Shown: positions 39,455 to 49,414, numbered from the stretch's first letter. The stretch is 64,000 nucleotides of DNA from a bacterium (GCA_965202625.1 CBDBBI010000010.1:704001-768000); one strand, 5' to 3'. Notes: generated by a model not told the origin, from the letters alone. Made by a program: numbers and translations.

Positions 39455-40492
39455 TCAGGCTACTGCGGGGACGACTTCCTTGGCGAATCTTTCCAGCAAT
39501 TTAAGGGATTCCTCATGCTTCATTCCGTCACCATAGACGCCCAGAATCACGTGGTTCAGGCCAAAATCGTCCCTCAGCCGGTAGAGTTCCTGAACGTTCT
39601 CCTCCACGGAGCCAATGACGCCGCCGCCCTTCAGAAACTCGCGCACGTCGAGCTTGTAGCTCCAGTTTCTCTGGAGGTGCCTGCCCTCCTCGTCGCTGAA
39701 CTCCACCTCGTTCACTCTGGCGCGGTATTCGAGATAAGAAGAAAGGCCCTGCTCGAAGGTTTTCAGATAATCGACCTGCTCGTCATCCTCACAGACGTAG
39801 AAGCGATGCGTCATGGCATAGTCGATCTCGGACACGTCGCCCCCGGCCTCCGCCACGGCTTCTTCGTAGATCTTCATCTTCGAGCGATAGACTTCTGGTC
39901 CCTTGAAGCCGGCCGAGGCCATGATCTTAAACCCGTTGGTGCCGGCATAAGCGTAGGTTTCCGGGCTCGTGCCCGCCAACCAGATGGGCGGCCTCGGCTG
40001 TTGCAGAGGTTGGGGAAAAATCCGCACGTCCTTGCACTGGTAGTGCTCTCCCTCGAACGTCAGGTTCTCTCCCTCCAACAGCCTAGAGACGATCTCCAGT
40101 CCCTCCACGAGGCGCTTTCTGCTCTCCGATGGTTTCACGCCGAAAGTCTTGAACTCCTTGGGTTGGGAACCCCGGCCCACGCCCAGATCGAGCCGCCCGC
40201 CACTCAGCAAGTCAGCCATCGCCGCCTGCTCCGCCAAACGCACCGGATTGTGGAAGGGCATGATGGATATCGCCGTTCCCAGCCGGATATTTTTCGTCTT
40301 TTGGGCTACCGCCGCGCACAAAAGAAGCGGGTCGGGACACATACCCACTCTTGAGAAATGGTGTTCGGCGAACCAGACGCAATGATAGCCGAGCTCATCA
40401 GCCGCCTGGCATTGCTCCATCACCCTCCGGTAGGCATCCGCCTCGGACTCCTCCTCTCGGGGACATACCACGTAAAAAAGTGAAAATTTCAT
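39455..40492 (-). CDS. LLM-class flavin-dependent (luciferase-like) monooxygenase
   Basis: WFAEHHF, IRLGTAI, PVRLAEQAAM-DLLSGGRLDLGVGRG, PQPLQQPRPPIW. Confidence 0.9.
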   Translation of the reverse strand: MKFSLFYVVCPREEESEADAYRRVMEQCQAADELGYHCVWFAEHHFSRVGMCPDPLLLCAAVAQKTKNIRLGTAISIMPFHNPVRLAEQAAMADLLSGGRLDLGVGRGSQPKEFKTFGVKPSESRKRLVEGLEIVSRLLEGENLTFEGEHYQCKDVRIFPQPLQQPRPPIWLAGTSPETYAYAGTNGFKIMASAGFKGPEVYRSKMKIYEEAVAEAGGDVSEIDYAMTHRFYVCEDDEQVDYLKTFEQGLSSYLEYRARVNEVEFSDEEGRHLQRNWSYKLDVREFLKGGGVIGSVEENVQELYRLRDDFGLNHVILGVYGDGMKHEESLKLLERFAKEVVPAVA

Positions 40493-40684
40493 ATCACGCC
40501 ACTCCTGTCCCCTTGCCTAACGCATGGAAACCATATCTTTTCATCCGCATCACGGGCGGCTCAAGTTGTTTGGTGTAATTTATCCAGTTTATCATACTTC
40601 TCCAAGGCTGCGAAGAAGCCTGACGCTCAGAAGACGTCGTTCCACTTGCGCACCAAGGCCAGGCGTTATTCGAGGAGAAAGCAC

Positions 40685-41434
40685 ATGCGTTTCGAGGGCA
40701 GGACGATCATCGTCACAGGAGCGGGCGCGGGCATTGGCCGGGCGAGCGCGCTCAGACTCGCGCGCGAGGGCGCACACGTCGTTTGCATGGACGTCGCCGA
40801 ATCGCGCGAGGATACTGCCAGACGCATCAAAGAAGGCGGGGTTGGCGGCGCAAGCGCGGCGGCCCTCGACGTGGGCGATGCGGAGGGGGTGAAAAAAATT
40901 TTTCGGGAAACCATTCGGACGCACGGGCGGATCGACGGGCTCGTCAACTGCGTTGGCGGAGGCTCTCCCCTTCTGGCACTGGAAATTGACGAGCGGGCTT
41001 TCGACAAAATGTTCGAGCTGAACGTGAAAAGCGTCTATCGAGCCTGCTGGGCGGTACTGCCTCACATGCAAGAGCGAAAGGCCGGCAAAATCGTCAATTT
41101 CTCCTCCGTCGCGGGGCGCTCGGCCAGCGTGCTCCAGGGCCCGCATTACTCAAGCTCCAAAGCCGCCGTCATCGGCTTGACGCGCCACCTCGCCCGAGAG
41201 TTTGGCCCCCACAACGTCAACGTGAACGCCATCGCCCCAGGCGTCGTCGGCACAAAACGCATCCTTGCGCAAATGAGCGACGCACAAAGAAAAAAAACGG
41301 AAGCCGCCACGCCCCTGGGACGAATCGGTACGCCCGAGGATATCGCGGGCGTCGTCGCTTTTCTCGCCTCCGACGATGCTCGCCACGTCACCGGCGTCAC
41401 CATCGACGTGAACGGGGGCTTCTTTCTGGCCTAG
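40685..41434 (+). CDS. SDR-family oxidoreductase
   Basis: TGAGAGIG, IVNFSS, catalytic YSSSK, NVNAIAPG, IDVNGG. Confidence 0.92.
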   Translation: MRFEGRTIIVTGAGAGIGRASALRLAREGAHVVCMDVAESREDTARRIKEGGVGGASAAALDVGDAEGVKKIFRETIRTHGRIDGLVNCVGGGSPLLALEIDERAFDKMFELNVKSVYRACWAVLPHMQERKAGKIVNFSSVAGRSASVLQGPHYSSSKAAVIGLTRHLAREFGPHNVNVNAIAPGVVGTKRILAQMSDAQRKKTEAATPLGRIGTPEDIAGVVAFLASDDARHVTGVTIDVNGGFFLA

Positions 41435-41529
41435 ATGAGAATTTCACGACATGGCCCGCGCATCCACCTGAACCAGCTGGCTGCGCTTCGCGGTCGCGCC
41501 GCAAAATCGAATTTCAACGTATCTGCGTC

Positions 41530-43731
41530 CTATCCCTTGGGTGATTCCGCCTCCAAAGGCGACGCGGTCGGCAAAAAATCCTTTGGACGCATCATCTGTA
41601 TAGCGACCGATACGAGCAGCATGGCAAGTCCCGTCGCCTTGAACCAGATTCCGTTCCAGAACAAGGCCACTCCGGCCACTCCCATGAGGACGCGGTCGAA
41701 CACCGTCAGCAAGCGGAGGAAATAGCCCTCCAGTGCCGCCGAAGTGCAGATGAAACCCAAAGCCGCGCTCACCCAGACCAGAATGACCTGGCTCCAGGGA
41801 CCGTTGACCAAAATCGGTGTGTAGGCCATCAAGAGGGGCACGACGTAAAGCGGCTTGGCCAGTTTCAGAGAGATGAAGCCGGTTCTCATCGGATCGCACT
41901 GCGCGACGCCCGCGGCCACAAACGCGCCCAGGGCGAAGGGCGGCGTGAGCGCGGCGTCCTGGCTCAGCCAGAGGATGATCATGTGTGCGGTGAACATCGA
42001 GAGCCCAAAATCCATGAGCGCGGGCCCGGCCAGAATAGCGATGAGGATATAACTCGCCGTGATCGTCATCCCCATGCCCAGAATGTAGCTGGCGAGGGCC
42101 ACGAGAGCCACCGCAAGGAAAAGCATGTTGTTCGAGTAGGAGAGAATGATGGCCGTCATCTTCTGCGCGAGGTCCGGATGCGTGACGCCTGTGAGCACGA
42201 GGCCCATCACGCCCGCAGTCGCGCCAATGACGAGTGAATTGACCGAACCCGTGACAAACGCGTCGCAGATTTTGGACATGATGCGCCTCGCCTCTTCATG
42301 CCGCCACGCCAGAAAACAGGCGACCGCCACGTACAAATACACTGCGTCGCCGCCGTAGATGATGCTGGCCACGAAGACGGCCGCCTCCAGCCCCAAGAGA
42401 TACCAGCATTTTTGCTTGAACGTGCTCACCACCACGGCGGCGACGATGGCCCAAAAACCGGCGAAAAAGGGCGAAAACTGAAGGATGAGAAGCATGATAA
42501 GCAGCACGATGGGAATGAGCAGCACTCCGTCTTTTTTCAGCACGCCCCAGAAGTCGGGCAGTTCGTCCTTGCTGAGTCCCTGAAGGTTGTTTCTGCTCGC
42601 GTAGTAGTGAACCGACATGAATACGGACAGATAGTAGAGCAGCGCGGGCACGAGGCTCACGAGCGCGACCTTGTAATATGGCGTCTCGGTCATCGCCGCA
42701 AGGATGAAGGCGGCGGACGCCATGATCGGCGGCATCAGGTGTCCCCCAATGCTGGCCACTGCCTCCGTCGCCGCGGCGTAGGTGGCTCGAAAGCCGGCAC
42801 GCTTCATGAGGGGTATCGTGAAAGTGCCGGTGATGACGATGTTCGCCGCTCCGCTGCCCACGATAGAACCCACGAGGCCGCTCGACACGATAGCCGCTTT
42901 CGCGGCGCCGCCCTTGTAGCGGCCCACCAGCGCGAAGGCGAGGTCAACGAACACGTCGCCCACGCGCGTGGCCTGGAGCAGCGCCCCGAAGATCAGGAAG
43001 ATGAACACCACCTGGGCGTAGACGCGGGTGATGACTCCATAAATGCCCGATTGGCTATAGAGATAGCCCATCACGTAGCCGAACTCGGCGCCCTTGTGCG
43101 CCAACAGGCCGGGAAAGATGGGACCTGCCCAGTCGTAGAACAAAAAGACGACCGCGACAATAGGCAAAACCAGTCCCAGGACGCGGCGGCACGTCTCCAA
43201 GACAAGGCACGCGGCCGTGAAGCCGAACACCACGTCGTTCCACTCCACGATACCCGCCCGGGCCCCTCGCTCATCGTAGAAATACATGAACTCGATCATG
43301 ACGATGAGGCTGAGGACGCACCAGAGAAAATCGAAGAGCGAAGGTCTATCCTGCGGAGAAGTCGCTTTGCAGGGATACAGCAAAAAAGTGAGGATGGACG
43401 TAAAGCAAATGAATATAGGGAGGGAGAATTGTTCTCCATAATATGGGATATAGGGAAAATCGAGTTGCACCAGTTTCAGGCTTCTCGGACCGAAGAGGGT
43501 GTAGCTTCCGTTCACCGCTCCAAAAAGAAAATAAACGGCGAACACGAAACCCACCACGCGCAACACCCAGAGAGAGGGCCCGCTCAGCGTTCTCGTTCGG
43601 GCGAGACCCGCCCCGAGGAAGCTGCCGATTTTGTCTACGACGTCGCGAAAACCCAATCCATGTTCCTCCGGAATGAGGCGAGACGCCAAGCGGACTACTG
43701 TTCGTGAGAATAGTCGTTCCGCCGAGGACAC
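41530..43731 (-). CDS. TRAP transporter fused 4TM/12TM permease (TAXI type)
   Basis: GGAAKAA, GSGAANI--TG-FTIPLMKR-G, GGHLMPPIM, LGMGM, LTPP; follows the TAXI SBP. Confidence 0.9.
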   Translation of the reverse strand: MSSAERLFSRTVVRLASRLIPEEHGLGFRDVVDKIGSFLGAGLARTRTLSGPSLWVLRVVGFVFAVYFLFGAVNGSYTLFGPRSLKLVQLDFPYIPYYGEQFSLPIFICFTSILTFLLYPCKATSPQDRPSLFDFLWCVLSLIVMIEFMYFYDERGARAGIVEWNDVVFGFTAACLVLETCRRVLGLVLPIVAVVFLFYDWAGPIFPGLLAHKGAEFGYVMGYLYSQSGIYGVITRVYAQVVFIFLIFGALLQATRVGDVFVDLAFALVGRYKGGAAKAAIVSSGLVGSIVGSGAANIVITGTFTIPLMKRAGFRATYAAATEAVASIGGHLMPPIMASAAFILAAMTETPYYKVALVSLVPALLYYLSVFMSVHYYASRNNLQGLSKDELPDFWGVLKKDGVLLIPIVLLIMLLILQFSPFFAGFWAIVAAVVVSTFKQKCWYLLGLEAAVFVASIIYGGDAVYLYVAVACFLAWRHEEARRIMSKICDAFVTGSVNSLVIGATAGVMGLVLTGVTHPDLAQKMTAIILSYSNNMLFLAVALVALASYILGMGMTITASYILIAILAGPALMDFGLSMFTAHMIILWLSQDAALTPPFALGAFVAAGVAQCDPMRTGFISLKLAKPLYVVPLLMAYTPILVNGPWSQVILVWVSAALGFICTSAALEGYFLRLLTVFDRVLMGVAGVALFWNGIWFKATGLAMLLVSVAIQMMRPKDFLPTASPLEAESPKG

Positions 43732-43785
43732 CCGTCGGCCGAGAGACGTCTTCCCCGGCCGACGGGGACGAGAAACGTTTTATTA

Positions 43786-44763
43786 TCAGTTGGGCAGCTT
43801 GTATCCGACCTCTTTCCAATACCGCGCCGCCCCCGGATGCACTTTCATCCCGATGGCGTCCATCTGCTCAAGGCCCGGAGCCATGGCGAAGCCAGAGGCC
43901 CAACCCTTGTGCACCTTTAAGAGGAATTCGCGGCCCTTTTTCGAGAAGTTGAGTCGCGCCACCTCGTAGACGACGTCGGCGGGCACATTGCAACCCACGA
44001 TGGTCCAAGCAGCATACCCGATGGTGGGCACCGACTTGTCAACGCCGCTATACGCCCCCTGGACGATGTCGGTCTTGAAATAGGCCTTGTTCGATTTCAA
44101 AAGGCCCTCTCCTACTTTTCCGTCCACAGAAAGGAGCGTGATAGGCGCCGAGGTCGCCAGCTTCAGGACGGCCGGAGAGGGGACGGGATTGGGAATGGTG
44201 AAGGCGTCGAGCCGGTTATCCTTCACGGCGTCCGCCGCTACGTTCCAGTTCAAGTTCTCCTCGCGCACCTTGATGCCAGCGAGCTCCACAATGGTGCGCG
44301 TCATGAAGTGCGTGCTGCTGCCCCGGCGAGCGAAACTCACGCGCTTGCCGTTGAGCTGCTCGATGGTCGTGATCCCTGAGTCCTTTCTCACAGCGATGTG
44401 GAACTGCGAAACCGTGCCGGGTCCCATCCCACACTGATTTTTATACGGTTTTTTGAACATTTTCTTGCCCTGAATCGCCAACTGCACGAGCGTGGCCACT
44501 CCCAGAGCAAACTCAGCCTTGCCGTTTTCGACCAAACGAATATCCTCCACCGCCCCTCGTGTGGTGAGGTTGTTCATCTCGACGATCTTTGATTCCTTCG
44601 ATACCAAAGCGGCGAGACCACCCCAGATTACATAGGCGGCGGCACCCGGCCCCGCGCCGGCGACCGAGGTTTTGATGCGCGCCGCCTCCGCCCCTGAGAA
44701 AGACAGGCCAATGGCCAGTGCGCATGCGTTTGCTACGAGAACAACGTTTCTTAGGCACTTCAT
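43786..44763 (-). CDS. TAXI-family TRAP solute-binding protein
   Basis: Signal peptide, T-GAVEDIRL, GITTIEQLNGKRVS---GS, VHPGAARYWKE; AAGGAGG RBS. Confidence 0.88.
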   Translation of the reverse strand: MKCLRNVVLVANACALAIGLSFSGAEAARIKTSVAGAGPGAAAYVIWGGLAALVSKESKIVEMNNLTTRGAVEDIRLVENGKAEFALGVATLVQLAIQGKKMFKKPYKNQCGMGPGTVSQFHIAVRKDSGITTIEQLNGKRVSFARRGSSTHFMTRTIVELAGIKVREENLNWNVAADAVKDNRLDAFTIPNPVPSPAVLKLATSAPITLLSVDGKVGEGLLKSNKAYFKTDIVQGAYSGVDKSVPTIGYAAWTIVGCNVPADVVYEVARLNFSKKGREFLLKVHKGWASGFAMAPGLEQMDAIGMKVHPGAARYWKEVGYKLPN

Positions 44764-45435
44764 CTGATTTTCCTCCTTAATGAATAGTGGTGCGACGAAA
44801 TAACAAAGTGATTCCCAGAACGTCTGCGCGAAAATGAAAATCAAAGAATTTCACTTTCACGAAACATGGGGATATCGCAATACAATGCTGCATTGTCGCC
44901 TGCCGGATAACGGATACAAGAAGCGCCCCTCTCCCCTTACCCTTCTCGCCACTCTTCCCCCGGGTTGTGGAGCAAAAGGGGTATGACCAGTCTTCTCGCC
45001 GCACTCTTGCGCCTTGCGCTATACCCCATTGCGGGCTTTCAAAAGCAGATGCGCAAACTCCAGTTCAGCCTTCACTACGGAATCGTCTCATTCGGAATGC
45101 GTCCCCAAGATATCCGTATTGGCCTGAAAAAATACGAATTCATAACAAACGAGGCAACATCGGAAAATACGAAAGTCGCTTTCAGCATCTTCGCTCTCGG
45201 GCCGCTTCCGTCCACACTCTGAAATTACGCGCGCGCCCGCGCGTAATAAACTCCCTCAGCCTTGCCAAATCCATCGTCCAGAACCGGCTTATTCGCACGC
45301 GGACGCAAAAAGGGTTCGATCTGCCCCCCCCCGCCCCTAAAAGCATTTATAAAAACAAAATATCCGTATGAGGGAATCTTACCCAGACCGAACAATAAAA
45401 TCAAATCCAAAAGCACGAGCCCCTCAAAGAGGAAG

Positions 45436-46800
45436 TCAACATCCCTCATCCACGTCCGGAAATTCGGACGCCCAACCCAGTTCCGCTTCGCACCATCGGG
45501 CGGCGGCGAGAAGGGCAGCCTCGCCGAATCGGCGTCCGCCCAGCTGAATGCCGATGGGCAAGTGATTCTCTCCCCTGCCTACAGGCAGGGTGAGGGCTGG
45601 AAACCCGATTTGCGTGAAAGGCTCGTTGAACAAAGCGTTTCCCGTCGATTCCTCGGCGATGGGGGCGCAAGCCACATGGGAAGGCAAAATGACGAGGTCG
45701 AATTTTTGAAAAAAATCATCCATATTCTGAATGAAGCGCGCACGAAAGCGCAAAGCGTTTACGTAATGAACAGCCGGCACCATGAGGCCCGAAGCAACGT
45801 TTTTGTGGATTTCAGGGGCGTAGGTCTCCTGATTCTCCAAAAATGTCCTGTCGTGATAAGAAGCCGCCTCCACTCGCATAATAATACGATGGGCCGCGTG
45901 CATCTGGTCCACGTCCACCGGCAGCCTCTTCTCCTCCACGTTCACTCTCATGGCTTTCAGGTTCGCCACGCATTCCTCCATTCTTCCGGCCACCTCTCGG
46001 CTCGCCCGCGGGAGGAAATCCTCCTTCAAAAAACATACTCGCGTTGGCTTTCTCGGAACGGACGCCTCTGCGTAGTCAGGCACCGCGACGTCCGGCGATT
46101 GCGCATCGCGCCCATCCGCGCCCGAGATAGCTGTGAGCAGGCGCGCCGTATCCTCTGCGCATCTGGCGATGATCCCCACATGATCCAGATTCCAGGCTAC
46201 CGCGACCATTCCGCTCCTGGGCACGCGGCCGTAAGTGGGCTTCAAACCCACCACCCCACAAAACGCCGCGGGGCGCAGAGTAGAACCGCCCGTTTGGCTG
46301 CCCAAGGCGGCCGGCGCCATTCCGGCGGCCACGGCTGCCGCGGAACCGCTGCTGGAGCCGCCTGGACTTCTTTCCAGATTCCATGGATTTCGCGTAATCG
46401 ACGGGTCAGAGGTGGCGAACTGCGTGGTGATCGTTTTGCCCAGAAAAACTGCGCCCGCCTTTTTAAGACGGAGCGCCAGAGTGGCGTCCCTTTCCGGCAA
46501 ATGGTCTTTAAGAAGGGGAGAGCCCGCCTCGCGCGGCATACCAACGACGTCGATGATATCCTTGCACCCGATGGCGGCACCTGCGAGCGGCGGGCTCTCC
46601 GACCGGTTGGCGAGCCGCTCGTCGATCGCCCGTGCCGCCTCAAGGGCTCCCGCCTTGTCTACGTACGCCCACGCACGCACCTTGCGCTCCACCGCGTCGA
46701 TTCTCCTCAGCAAAGAGCGCGTCCATTCAGCGGCGGACAGCCCGCGTTCGCAAACGTTCCTCACCCCCTCAGAGAGGCTCAAGCGCCAAAGTTCACGCAT
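45436..46800 (-). CDS. Amidase-signature family amidase (GatA/AtzE-like)
   Basis: Ser-cisSer-Lys motifs: GCKDII, PGGSSSGSAAAVA, GSQTGGSTLRPAAFCGVVGLKPT. Confidence 0.92.
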   Translation of the reverse strand: MRELWRLSLSEGVRNVCERGLSAAEWTRSLLRRIDAVERKVRAWAYVDKAGALEAARAIDERLANRSESPPLAGAAIGCKDIIDVVGMPREAGSPLLKDHLPERDATLALRLKKAGAVFLGKTITTQFATSDPSITRNPWNLERSPGGSSSGSAAAVAAGMAPAALGSQTGGSTLRPAAFCGVVGLKPTYGRVPRSGMVAVAWNLDHVGIIARCAEDTARLLTAISGADGRDAQSPDVAVPDYAEASVPRKPTRVCFLKEDFLPRASREVAGRMEECVANLKAMRVNVEEKRLPVDVDQMHAAHRIIMRVEAASYHDRTFLENQETYAPEIHKNVASGLMVPAVHYVNALRFRARFIQNMDDFFQKFDLVILPSHVACAPIAEESTGNALFNEPFTQIGFPALTLPVGRGENHLPIGIQLGGRRFGEAALLAAARWCEAELGWASEFPDVDEGC

Positions 46801-47020
46801 TTGCGTCCCGCGCGCGCGTTCCGCGTTCTTCGGCAGGATTCATCGATTCCACCTCTTCCAGCTTTTCTAATATGCGGAGCAAATGGGGCTTCCCCCCAGC
46901 CGGCGGCCGCCAGTGCACGCCCACTACAGGCACATTCTGGCTTCTGAGTTCATCCGCAAATATCTCCAAGCCGAGATTAACGACTTGAAGCGGTTTAAGG
47001 CGCAAATCCTTCACGTTCAT
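46793..47020 (-). CDS. Small FdrA C-terminal-domain protein
   Basis: VVNLGLEIFADEL--Q---V--V-WRPPAGG---L--IL, resembling the FdrA C-terminal segment. Confidence 0.75.
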   Translation of the reverse strand: MNVKDLRLKPLQVVNLGLEIFADELRSQNVPVVGVHWRPPAGGKPHLLRILEKLEEVESMNPAEERGTRARDANA

Positions 47021-47101
47021 CCGTCCTGGCGAACTCCCAGTCGGCCCGGAGGAGATAGATCGCGAGAATTCCCAAGAGAAAGGAACCCCCATCCCGACGT
47101 T

Positions 47102-48601
47102 CTACCCATCCTCAAGCAGAGCCGGCCTTATCAAAGCGGCGGCGAATCGGGTCACCCGCGCGTTAGAAGGCAAGAGCACGACTCCGGCGTCTTCTAAAAT
47201 TCTCATCTGCGCACTCATGTCTTGCGGATCGTCCGCCGTCCCCACTACCGAAGCCACAAAAAACAGATCCCTCGCTTTCACCCTCGTCTCTTTTATCGCC
47301 CGCGCCAGGGGACCCGCCGGGTCTACGGCGCTTCCCCTGCCCAGGATCAGGTCAAACAAAACCACGCCAACGCTCTCATCCATGGATGCACGCAAAACCA
47401 TTTCCACACGGATATCCGGGGCGATCATCGGATGTGGTTTCCCCACCGTATATCGATCGTCTCCCAAATCCAGGATACGGTGGCGGCCCGCCTTCTCGTT
47501 CCAACCCACGTCGCCGAGCAGCGACTCGAGTATGAGGCGGCTCTCATGGGCGAGCGTCCCTCCGGAGAACAGTCCCAAAATTCCCGCGCCTCTGGGCTCG
47601 CCCTCCAGTCGCAACGAGGCGATGCTCTCCTTCAGAGTCGCCTGCGCGAGAAAATTTTCAGTGCGGTGGTGCTCGCCCCGCAGAATCGCCGCCGCCGCAT
47701 GACCCGCATCCTCCAAATTCTCCGCCCAGTTCGGGTTTTTCGCGCCGAGAAAACATACGACGTGCGGTTTTTGCAGGCACGCCAACGCCCCCTCTATTTT
47801 GGGCAAAACCTCTGGTGCCGGCGGCTTGGATATGAGAACTACGATCTCCGTTTCAGGATCATTCGACAAGAAGTCCAGTGCGTGGAGCGTCATCATGCCG
47901 CCCACTTCGGCGGACAGATCGCGTCCGCCCACGCCAATGCCGTGAGAAATTCCCTCGCCTAAGGAGTCAAGCTGCGAGGCGACGGCCTGGAGGCCGGTCC
48001 CCGAGGCCGCGACACAGCCCACGCGACCAGGCTTCACCACGTTGGCGAAACCCAAACCCACGCCGCCGACGTAGGCCGTTCCGCAATCGGGCCCCATGAG
48101 GAGCAAGCCACGCCTTATGGCCTCCTGCTTGAGCGTCGCCTCATCGTCAACCGACACGTTGTCGCTGAACAAAAAAACGTGAAGCCCGCGACGCAGAGCT
48201 TCCATGGCCTCTTTTCCCGCATACGCGCCGGGGACGGAAATCATCGCCAAGTTCGCATCCGGAGCGACGGCGAGAGCACTCTCAAGGCTCAATGGAACAA
48301 AATCACGCGAGCCGCCATGAGTGCTCTGCGCCTGCGTGAGCAAGGCTTTCGCCTCCTCAATCGTCTCCAGCGCGCGTTCGCGAGAATCCGCAGCCACAGC
48401 CAAAATCAAATCATTCGGCCCGGCATCAATGCCCTCTCCCCCAACAAGCCCCGCCTGAAGCATGATTTCATGGTTCATGGGCGTGCCCATAAGCGCGGCC
48501 GCCTCGGAAACGCCCTTCCTCATCCGCATCGTCCGCGCCAGCCGCATGAGTTTGACGGAATCCTGGTAGAAGGAAGGCAATACGATGCTTGCGAGCGCCA
48601 A
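47102..48601 (-). CDS. fdrA: FdrA/AllF-like acyl-CoA synthetase-fold protein
   Basis: YQDSVKLM, MGTP-N, ANLAMISVPG-YA, FLFSDNV, LMGPDCGT, ASGTGLQ, GGRDLS, SGGTL, DLGDD-YT-GKPHPMI. Confidence 0.88.
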   Translation of the reverse strand: MALASIVLPSFYQDSVKLMRLARTMRMRKGVSEAAALMGTPMNHEIMLQAGLVGGEGIDAGPNDLILAVAADSRERALETIEEAKALLTQAQSTHGGSRDFVPLSLESALAVAPDANLAMISVPGAYAGKEAMEALRRGLHVFLFSDNVSVDDEATLKQEAIRRGLLLMGPDCGTAYVGGVGLGFANVVKPGRVGCVAASGTGLQAVASQLDSLGEGISHGIGVGGRDLSAEVGGMMTLHALDFLSNDPETEIVVLISKPPAPEVLPKIEGALACLQKPHVVCFLGAKNPNWAENLEDAGHAAAAILRGEHHRTENFLAQATLKESIASLRLEGEPRGAGILGLFSGGTLAHESRLILESLLGDVGWNEKAGRHRILDLGDDRYTVGKPHPMIAPDIRVEMVLRASMDESVGVVLFDLILGRGSAVDPAGPLARAIKETRVKARDLFFVASVVGTADDPQDMSAQMRILEDAGVVLLPSNARVTRFAAALIRPALLEDG

Positions 48602-48602
48602 T

Positions 48603-48803
48603 CTATCTCTCTTCTTCTTGCATTGGCGCGACGGCGGGAAGGGGGAAAGGTTCTTGCGTTTTCTCAAGCGTCATGGACGATACCGTCTGAAGCATCTCCA
48701 CTACCTCATCGGCATACGCGGCGACACGCTCCTTATCCTCAAGGAGAAAAACGCCCTCCGCCATCCGCGCGATTCGCACGGCGATCTCGCTCCGATCACT
48801 CAT
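48603..48803 (-). CDS. 66-aa protein resembling GatC/AtzG-type amidase small subunits
   Basis: ATGA overlap with the ubiX stop and ends 1 nt before fdrA; helical N-terminus and L----EP motif near the C-terminus. Confidence 0.55.
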   Translation of the reverse strand: MSDRSEIAVRIARMAEGVFLLEDKERVAAYADEVVEMLQTVSSMTLEKTQEPFPLPAVAPMQEEER

Positions 48804-49414
48804 TTGGTCGTTTCCCCATCATGACGGGCCGAGAGGGTTTTCCGCTCCGGGTGCTGGCCGCCCCACTTCTCAAACAGATTTTGCTCAAGCCCCAAGGCCG
48901 TGAGCGTCTTGCCCACCACATGATCGATCAAATCCGCCATCGTCCGGGGCTTGAAATAAAATCCCGGCGACGCGGGAAGAATCAAGACGCCCATCAGCGC
49001 GAGTTTGCGCATGTTCTCCAAGTGAATCGCGGAAAGCGGCATTTCGCGCGGCACGAGAACGAGTCTGTTTTGCTCCTTGAGCATCACGTCCGCCGCCCGG
49101 CAGATAAGATTCTCGCCCGTGCCGGCGGCTATTTGACCGAGCGTCTTGAGGGAGCATGGAGCTATCACCATCGCCTCAAAGCCGGCACTCCCGCTTGCGG
49201 GTCGCGCCCCGATGTCGCTCTCCGGATGTACGACGCTCGCCCAGGAGGATAGCGTGGCGAGATCCATGTCCGTCTCGTAATGCAAAACGCGAATGCCCGC
49301 TTTGGAGACGACCAGGTGGGTCTCCACCTCTGGGTACACGTCGTGCAAAACCTCCATGAGGCGAACGCCATATATCGCACCAGACGCGCCCGTGACGCCT
49401 ACCACCACCTTCAT
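48800..49414 (-). CDS. ubiX: Flavin prenyltransferase UbiX
   Basis: VVGVTGASG, PASGS, IAPCS-KTL, RAADV-LKE, VPREMP, IHLENM, P--PGFY. Confidence 0.93.
   Translation of the reverse strand: MKVVVGVTGASGAIYGVRLMEVLHDVYPEVETHLVVSKAGIRVLHYETDMDLATLSSWASVVHPESDIGARPASGSAGFEAMVIAPCSLKTLGQIAAGTGENLICRAADVMLKEQNRLVLVPREMPLSAIHLENMRKLALMGVLILPASPGFYFKPRTMADLIDHVVGKTLTALGLEQNLFEKWGGQHPERKTLSARHDGETTK

Noticed and set aside
44845-45449. Short ORFs between the amidase and the TAXI gene, including 45225-45449
   Set aside because: Atypical codon usage and no recognisable motif. Could be decayed DNA but I cannot support a call.
45262-46947. 561-aa + strand ORF
   Set aside because: Antisense shadow of the amidase gene.
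47102-47104. Pyrrolysine or amber read-through in fdrA
   Set aside because: No pyl genes or methylamine methyltransferase context, the linker looks non-conserved, and the downstream ORF has its own RBS.
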